Positions 58,063-64,000 of a stretch of DNA of 64,000 nucleotides are shown in pieces. A program made the translations under genes and the position numbers. This DNA comes from Nitrospirota bacterium. GTDB lineage: Bacteria > Nitrospirota > UBA9217. Each line of letters opens with the position of its first letter. Positions within the stretch are counted from its first letter, which is position 1. The DNA is taken from NCBI GenBank assembly GCA_963840455.1, contig CAWIYV010000014.1:192001-256000 (forward strand), in the 5' to 3' direction. The notes under the pieces were generated by a model. That model worked only from the letters and a program-made list of their open reading frames with translations, ran no database searches and was not told the DNA's origin.

Positions 58063-58512
58063 TTACTTCCTCCTGTACTTTCCCATCAGCTCCGCCTGTG
58101 CCAGGACATGTCCCTTCATCGCCTTCTCCAGAGCTCCCTTGGTCGTGCCGGAACCAAGGTCGAGCAACACATCCAGTGCGTAGAGCTTGAAGAAGTACCG
58201 GTGCGTGCCGGAAGGCGGGCAGGGGCCGCCATACGGGGTCTTCCGGAAGTCGTTGACCCCCTGCTTCGCTCCGCCAGGAACGCTGTTCTCCCCGATGTCC
58301 CGCGTCTGCGGGTCGATGTTCCAGACGACCCAGTGCACCCACATCCCTCCGGGAGCGTCGGGATCATCCATGATGAGCGCCAGGGACTTGGCCTCAGGGG
58401 GAATGTTGCTGATAACCAGAGCGGGGTTCACGTCCGTTCCGTCACAGGTGAACTTCGATGGGATGAACTCCCCGGTCTTGAACGCGGGACTTGTCATCGT
58501 GAGCGTAGCCAT
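58063..58512 (-). CDS. YbhB/YbcL (PEBP) family protein
   Basis: 'DDPDAP..WVHWV', 'YGGPCPP..HRYFF.LYALD'. Confidence 0.93.
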   Translation of the reverse strand: MATLTMTSPAFKTGEFIPSKFTCDGTDVNPALVISNIPPEAKSLALIMDDPDAPGGMWVHWVVWNIDPQTRDIGENSVPGGAKQGVNDFRKTPYGGPCPPSGTHRYFFKLYALDVLLDLGSGTTKGALEKAMKGHVLAQAELMGKYRRK

Positions 58513-58584
58513 AGTTTCTCCTTCCCTATCTATATAGTATCATAGCATATACTTTTGAACGGGACGGGATTGCATGAGCGGGCA

Positions 58585-58614
58585 TTGACAGCCGAGTAGC
58601 AATTACATTATAGT
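58585..58614 (+). promoter_or_regulatory. Sigma70 promoter upstream of ribD
   Basis: TTGACA-18 bp-TATAGT. Confidence 0.6.
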
Positions 58615-58748
58615 TATTGCGAGAGTGGATAGTGAAGGCGCCCATCGTGCCGATTGGCAACTCGCGGGGACCACGGGCTCCAAGGCAGTGCGGGTGCAAT
58701 GCCACATCGTCCGTTCGCGTAAGATGGTTTAATGTTAATATCATGCTT

Positions 58749-59852
58749 ATGACAAATCAGATTGACGAAAAATACATGCTCCTGGCGCTGCGGCTGGCCG
58801 AGAAGGCCAGGGGCAGGACCAGTCCGAACCCTATGGTCGGTGCCGTGGTGGTAAAGGACAAGCGCGTTATAGCCACAGGCTACCACGAGCGGGCTGGCGA
58901 GCCCCATGCGGAGGCCATCGCGCTTAGGAAAGCAGGTGCGGCAGCGAAGGGCGCCACACTCTACGTGACTCTCGAGCCCTGTTCGCACTTGAACAAGCGG
59001 ACGCCGCCCTGCAGCCCGCTCGTCATCCAGAGCGGCGTGAAGCGGGTCGTGATCGCCATGATCGATCCGAATCCGAGGGTGTCCGGTGGCGGGGTTCGGG
59101 CCATCAGGAAGGCGGGTGTCGAGGTCGTCACCGGTGTTCTTGAGCTGGAAGCGAGTCGGTTGAACGAGGAGTTTATCAAACACGTCACGAAGAAAGTCCC
59201 CTTCGTCACCCTCAAGATCGCCCAAACCCTGGACGGAAAGATAGCGACGGCGACGGGCGAATCAAAGTGGATCACCGGCAAAGAGGCGCGGGAATCGGGG
59301 CACCGTCTTCGCGACCGGAATGACGCGATCCTTGCAGGAATCAACACGGTGCTCAAGGATAACCCATCGCTTACCGCGAGGATCGCCGGAGGCCGCGATC
59401 CGCTCCGGGTGATCGTTGATAGCGCGTTGAGGATTTCCCTCAAGGCCAAGGTCATTACTCAGACGTCAGCCGCTCGGACCATCGTGGCCACGCTCGCGAA
59501 TGCGCCAAAGGAAAAGATAAAAAAACTTCAGAGCGCGGGCGCGGAGATAGTGCTCGTAAAGAGCGACAAGGGCCGCGTTGACCTTCGCGACCTCATGAGA
59601 AAGCTCGGCAGGATGGACATCATGTCGGTGCTGGTGGAGGGCGGCGCTGAGATCCATGCTTCTGCTCTCAGGTCCGGCATCGTGGACAAGGTCGTCATGT
59701 ACATTGCACCCACGCTCATGACGGGGTCTGATTCTCTTTGCTCCATTGGAGGAGTGTCACCAATAAAGCTCGGTCATGCCATCAGGCTGAAGAATATCAC
59801 CTCACGCTTCGTCGGGCAGGACATCATGGTCCAAGGATATATAAGGAAATAG
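58749..59852 (+). CDS. ribD: Bifunctional riboflavin biosynthesis deaminase/reductase
   Basis: 'PNPMVGAV', 'HAE', 'TLEPCSH..PPC', 'TLDGKIA', 'VEGG'. Confidence 0.96.
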   Translation: MTNQIDEKYMLLALRLAEKARGRTSPNPMVGAVVVKDKRVIATGYHERAGEPHAEAIALRKAGAAAKGATLYVTLEPCSHLNKRTPPCSPLVIQSGVKRVVIAMIDPNPRVSGGGVRAIRKAGVEVVTGVLELEASRLNEEFIKHVTKKVPFVTLKIAQTLDGKIATATGESKWITGKEARESGHRLRDRNDAILAGINTVLKDNPSLTARIAGGRDPLRVIVDSALRISLKAKVITQTSAARTIVATLANAPKEKIKKLQSAGAEIVLVKSDKGRVDLRDLMRKLGRMDIMSVLVEGGAEIHASALRSGIVDKVVMYIAPTLMTGSDSLCSIGGVSPIKLGHAIRLKNITSRFVGQDIMVQGYIRK

Positions 59853-59923
59853 GAGACAGGAGACAGGAGACAGGAACTTACACTCCAGGCGTGCTCTCCG
59901 AAGTACTAGGCTGTTATTGCCCC

Positions 59924-60601
59924 ATGCATCCCACCGTTCTCGATATCAAAAAGGCTCTTAACGACCACACCATCACCCATATCCTCCTCGATATGGACGG
60001 GACGCTCTTGGACAAATATTTCGACGATTACTTCTGGGAGCACCTTGTACCGGAGAAATATGCGGACAAGCACGGCATCACGTTCGGGAAGGCAAAGGAG
60101 GACCTCCTCAAGAAGTACAAGTCCCATGAAGAGACCTTGAACTGGACGGACATCGACTTCTGGTCCGGTGAGCTGGGCCTCGACATTCTTGCGCTGAAGG
60201 AGCAGATCCGGCACCTTATCGAAGTCCATCCCCATGTAGAGGCTTTTCTGCAAGTGATGCGTTCCCGCAGGAAGCAGGTCTATATCGCCACGAACGCCCA
60301 CGACAAGGTCCTGGCCATGAAGCTCAAGAAGACGGAGATCGGGAAGTACCTGAACGGCGCGATCACGTCGGCCGAGATGGGTTTCCCGAAGGAGAAACTT
60401 GAGTTCTGGCGGCAGGTGGAAAAAAAGCTCGGGTTCCACAAGGAAAAGACCTTGTTCGTCGATGACACCCTCGCCGTGCTCAGGACCGCGCAGGAATACG
60501 GTATCGGATATATCGTATTCAAGGCACGGGGTAATTCCAGGATGCCGCCCGTGCACAGTCCGGATTTCACGACAGTGCTGGATTTCAACGAGTTGCTGTA
60601 G
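59924..60601 (+). CDS. HAD-family hydrolase (YrfG-like nucleotidase)
   Basis: 'LLDMDGTLLD.YFD.YFW..VP', 'TNAH', 'LFVDD'. Confidence 0.88.
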   Translation: MHPTVLDIKKALNDHTITHILLDMDGTLLDKYFDDYFWEHLVPEKYADKHGITFGKAKEDLLKKYKSHEETLNWTDIDFWSGELGLDILALKEQIRHLIEVHPHVEAFLQVMRSRRKQVYIATNAHDKVLAMKLKKTEIGKYLNGAITSAEMGFPKEKLEFWRQVEKKLGFHKEKTLFVDDTLAVLRTAQEYGIGYIVFKARGNSRMPPVHSPDFTTVLDFNELL

Positions 60602-60636
60602 CCGTTGCGGAAATATCTGGTATAATACAAACCACC

Positions 60637-61686
60637 ATGAATCCATTCAGAAAAAAGACCCTCACGGGAATGTCACGCACCTGCGGTTGAGCGGCGAAGA
60701 TCGGTCCGGCGGACCTGTCGGACGTGCTCTCAACGATCTGTCCCGTTCATGACCCGAACCTGCTCGTGGGGTTCGAGACGAGCGACGACGCGGCCGTCTA
60801 CCGTGTCGCGCCGGACCTTGCCGTCATTAGCACGGTGGACTTCATCACGCCGCCGGTGGACGATCCGGTCTGGTTCGGCAGGATCGCGGCCGCCAACGCG
60901 CTGTCCGACGTCTACGCCATGGGCGGACGGCCTATCGTTGCCCTGAACCTGGTCATGTTCCCGTCGAAGAAACTCGATATTGGCCTGCTTAAGGACATGC
61001 TGACCGGGGGCTTCGAGAAGGTGCAGGAGGCCGGGGCGGCCCTCGCCGGCGGCCACTCGGTGGACGACCTGGAGCCGAAATACGGGCTCGCCGTCACCGG
61101 GACCGTCCATCCCGACAGGGTCCTGACGAATGCGAACGCGAAGCCGGGCGACGCGCTGGTCCTGACCAAGCCGCTGGGTACGGGTGTATTGTTCAACGCC
61201 TGCCGCTCGAAGAAGCTGCCCTTCCGGGAGTTGGAGCCGCTCCTGCCGAAGATCGCCGCGCTGAACAAGGCCGCGATCGAGACGGCCCTCGCCTTCGAGG
61301 TCCATTCCTGCACGGACATCACGGGATTCGGCGTGCTTGGACATACGCTGGAGATGGCCAAGGGGAGCGGGGTCCGGATCCAGCTCTCCTATGACAATCT
61401 GCCCTTTCATCCTCATGCGCTGGAAATGTATCGGAAGGGTGAGACCACGGGGAGCAACAAGTCGAACCGGAAGATCGCCGATGGTTTCTGGGAAAAGGAG
61501 CTTCAGCTGGACCGCCATGCCGAGGAACTGCTCTTCGATCCCCAGACCTCGGGCGGACTGCTGCTTTCGTTGCCTGCGTCGCAGGCCGGTGAACTGGTCA
61601 GGAAACTGAAGCTTGCTGGCGTGGAAGATGCCGTGGTCGTTGGAGAGGTCGTTGCCGGGGAAAAACCTGCCATCGTGGTCCTGTAA
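60637..61686 (+). CDS. selD: Selenide, water dikinase with in-frame selenocysteine (TGA 60688-60690)
   Basis: MNPFRKKTLTGMSRTCG-U-AAKIGP continues in frame into ORF 60724; 'DDAAVY', 'TDITGFG', 'DPQTSGGLL'. Confidence 0.93.
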
Positions 61687-61771
61687 ATGTCCCTTTTCCC
61701 TTCATGTCTGATGGAGCTTCCCCGGGAGCAAGCGTACGCGGCGAGAATGACTTGCCGGTCGTCAAGGTTTT

Positions 61772-62173
61772 CTACATGGTGTGGATGAGGTAGAGGATGA
61801 GGAACAGGCCGACCGCGAGGACCGACAGCATGAGAAGCACGCTCAGGATTGGCAATGGGGCATACTTGTCGTTCTCGATCTGGCGCTCAACGGAACGGTA
61901 CCGTATATACGCGAGAACACCCATGACAGCACCCAGGCCGACGAGGACGATGCCGACCACCGACGAATATCCCGGAGTCGGGGGCGAAGCCTCCTTGCCG
62001 AGATAGTACGACAGCTGCTTTACGAACAGGGAGAATTTCTCCACCACGAAGCCGAAGGCCATGATGGAGATGCTCGTCCGTATCCACGCCAGGAATGTCC
62101 GCTCGTTCGCCATGTGAACACGGCGGTCCCGTGCTTTGGCCGTCGAAGTATCCCTCACTGGAACTTCCATCAC
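61772..62173 (-). CDS. DUF202/YidH family membrane protein
   Basis: 'ANERTFLAWIRT'. Confidence 0.9.
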   Translation of the reverse strand: MMEVPVRDTSTAKARDRRVHMANERTFLAWIRTSISIMAFGFVVEKFSLFVKQLSYYLGKEASPPTPGYSSVVGIVLVGLGAVMGVLAYIRYRSVERQIENDKYAPLPILSVLLMLSVLAVGLFLILYLIHTM

Positions 62174-62182
62174 GTTCCTCTC

Positions 62183-62770
62183 CTATCCTTCGATCAACTT
62201 GAACATCCCGCTCCGGATCAGCTTGACCGCGATGGCAGCGAGGAGGAGCGCCGCGACTTTGGCAAAAGCGCGCGTGCCGCCGATGCCCATGAATTTGATG
62301 ATGCGCTCGGCCTGGGCGAAAATAAGCCAGGCAAGCAGGATGTTGGCGACCAGCGAAAGGATGACCGGCGTATACCCGTAGCTCCCCACAAGCACCAGCG
62401 TGGTGGTGAGAGTGGCGGGGCCGGCGATGAGGGGCGTGCCGAAGGGCACGACGCCGAAGGTAGGGGAAGCGGCGTGCTTCTTCTCACCCGCCTGGACGAT
62501 GTCCTGGATGGCAATGATCAGGAGCACGATGCCGCCGGCGATCATGAAATCCTCGACCATGATGCCGAGCGCCCGAAAGACCGCCCTTCCCAGAAAGACG
62601 AACCCGATGGTCACCAGGAAGGCCGTGATGATGGACTGGCGGATGATGGTCCGGCGCTCGTGCTTTTTGATACCTTCGGTCATCGCCACGAAGAGCGGGA
62701 GCGTCGCCGGCGCGTCCAGCGCGACCATGATGGGAATGAGGCAGACCAAGAAATCGTTCAGCAGTTCCAT
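62183..62770 (-). CDS. MarC family membrane protein
   Basis: 'F.IAGGIVL', 'VPFGTPLIAGPA'. Confidence 0.9.
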   Translation of the reverse strand: MELLNDFLVCLIPIMVALDAPATLPLFVAMTEGIKKHERRTIIRQSIITAFLVTIGFVFLGRAVFRALGIMVEDFMIAGGIVLLIIAIQDIVQAGEKKHAASPTFGVVPFGTPLIAGPATLTTTLVLVGSYGYTPVILSLVANILLAWLIFAQAERIIKFMGIGGTRAFAKVAALLLAAIAVKLIRSGMFKLIEG

Positions 62771-63121
62771 GAATTGTGTCCTGGTGGAGCGGGAAGATAG
62801 GGTATGAAAAGAAGTATATCGGATAGCGGCCATTCTGTCCAGCCGGATGCGCAAATTAAATATAAAAATAATATATTTTCTAACTAAGTGATTGCATTAT
62901 AAGCTTGATACCTGACTCGTGACATGACCGGTGACCAGCAAGGCGTCTGGGGCAAGAACTATCAGATGTGATCGACAGATCAAGGACATCGAGAATGCTG
63001 TTTTGCTCTGGTTGATCGACAACGGCAGTGAGTTTGAACTATATTCTCGGCACTGAGAGAAAGCGGATAGTTAAGAGGGTACAAAACAAATGACGTAAAA
63101 ACTTGATCGGTATCAAACAAG

Positions 63122-63152
63122 AAAAGGGCCGCTTCCTTTCGGGAGGCGGCCT
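63122..63152 (-). terminator. Intrinsic terminator of the cytochrome locus
   Basis: GGCCGCCTCC..GGAAGCGGCC followed by a T tract on the minus strand. Confidence 0.65.
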
Positions 63153-63182
63153 AATCGTTGACAGTCCGATATCGGCTCGTCG

Positions 63183-63880
63183 TTACCAGTTCTCGTTGCC
63201 GTGACACCGAGGATTGCACGAGCCTCCAGAATAGCTATGGATCTGGTTCCCCAGCGCGGCTGCTGCCTGGTTCATGGCTGTTGTGTTGAGATCATTGAAG
63301 TGCACGGTTGCCAGTTTTGTGGTGTCATGGCAATTGATACAGGCAAAATGTTCCCCATTGTATACAAGGCGGTCGCGCACTTGGCATTATAGGTCGCCAG
63401 GACGGATACGCTTACCGTACCGTTCGGGTGGTTTCCAACACAAGCGCTTGCGCCGCTGTGGCAGGCATCGCAGCTTGCCTGAGTGGTGCCGGTAAATGCC
63501 GTGTGGATGGTATGACTGCCCGCTCTATTCGGGGCCTGATTTCCAGCAGGGGGAATGCGGTGGAAAGCTCCACCGGTGACGGTCGCCGGACCGTATGGAA
63601 GGCTGTGAACGCTTGTGCAGGAAGGACCGCTGTCGGCCACACCCTGCAGGTTCGCTCCGTGGCAGTACTGGTTCGAGCAGGACGCCGTTGTAGTCGAGCC
63701 GGAGCTCATTGTTCTGACGGCCGTGGCAGGAGAAGCAGGACGCGGGGTTCAGCTTGCTTCGATCTTATGCTGGTTTCAGGTGACCCCCGCGGTGAGCCCG
63801 GCACAGCGTCAGAACACGATCATGTGCGTCAAAGAGCTTGTTCCCCTCTCTCGTTTGCTTGGTATCGGCTCGATGCCTGC
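63183..63880 (-). pseudogene. Decayed multiheme c-type cytochrome (CxxxxCH/CxxCH type)
   Basis: CFSCH, CSNQYCH, CDACH, CINCH and CNPRCH in different frames; eroded motifs CTSVH and GGAFH. Confidence 0.75.
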
Positions 63881-63894
63881 GGCCTTGCCTTCTA

Positions 63895-64000
63895 CTACCA
63901 CCAGGTTCTGGTCTCGCCCGAGTGACATGCCGCGTAGGTGCATGTTGTCCCGTTGTAATTCAACCAACTCCAGGTGGTCGCTGACGCAGTTCCAGCAGAA
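63895..64000 (-). CDS. C-terminus of a CxxxxCH cytochrome c gene (runs off the window)
   Basis: 'YNGTTCTYAACHSGETRTWW*'. Confidence 0.6.
   Translation of the reverse strand, partial: SAGTASATTWSWLNYNGTTCTYAACHSGETRTWW

Noticed and set aside
58617-58748. N-terminal extension of RibD, or an FMN riboswitch
   Set aside because: RibD-like sequence begins near 'MTNQIDEKYM'; no RFN consensus is visible

Overview
GC-rich bacterial chromosome segment. The gene content (PPDK, GlyQS, Sec-containing SelD, multiheme cytochrome remnants, GEMM-I riboswitches) suggests an anaerobic Nitrospirota- or Desulfobacterota-like organism; this is inference. Housekeeping blocks (hpt, partial T2SS/T4P gspF-gspE-pseudopilin, ispB, fadD-fadI-fadJ, rhlB, ftsB, GH57, glyQS, ppdK, ribD, selD) are interleaved with accessory DNA. 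Highlights: (1) a wHTH-MNT/HEPN pair in which both catalytic motifs are lost, followed by two unannotated 19-aa Lys-rich micro-ORFs; (2) an apparently Sec-exported Rhs toxin whose cleaved tip has a full tri-zinc phospholipase C/P1-nuclease ligand set starting at Trp1, inside an island bounded by Y1 (RAYT-like) transposase end repeats; (3) two c-di-GMP-I riboswitches plus a PilZ gene next to surface-protein genes; (4) a B12-radical SAM plus type III PKS mini-cluster; (5) attC-like sites with a hidden 44-aa Cys/His micro-protein; (6) tandem Cys-rich paralogs of unknown family; (7) several families of palindromic and short-period repeats, some translated inside genes. Several +1 frameshifts may be assembly errors. 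All calls come from reading the sequence; no database searches were run.
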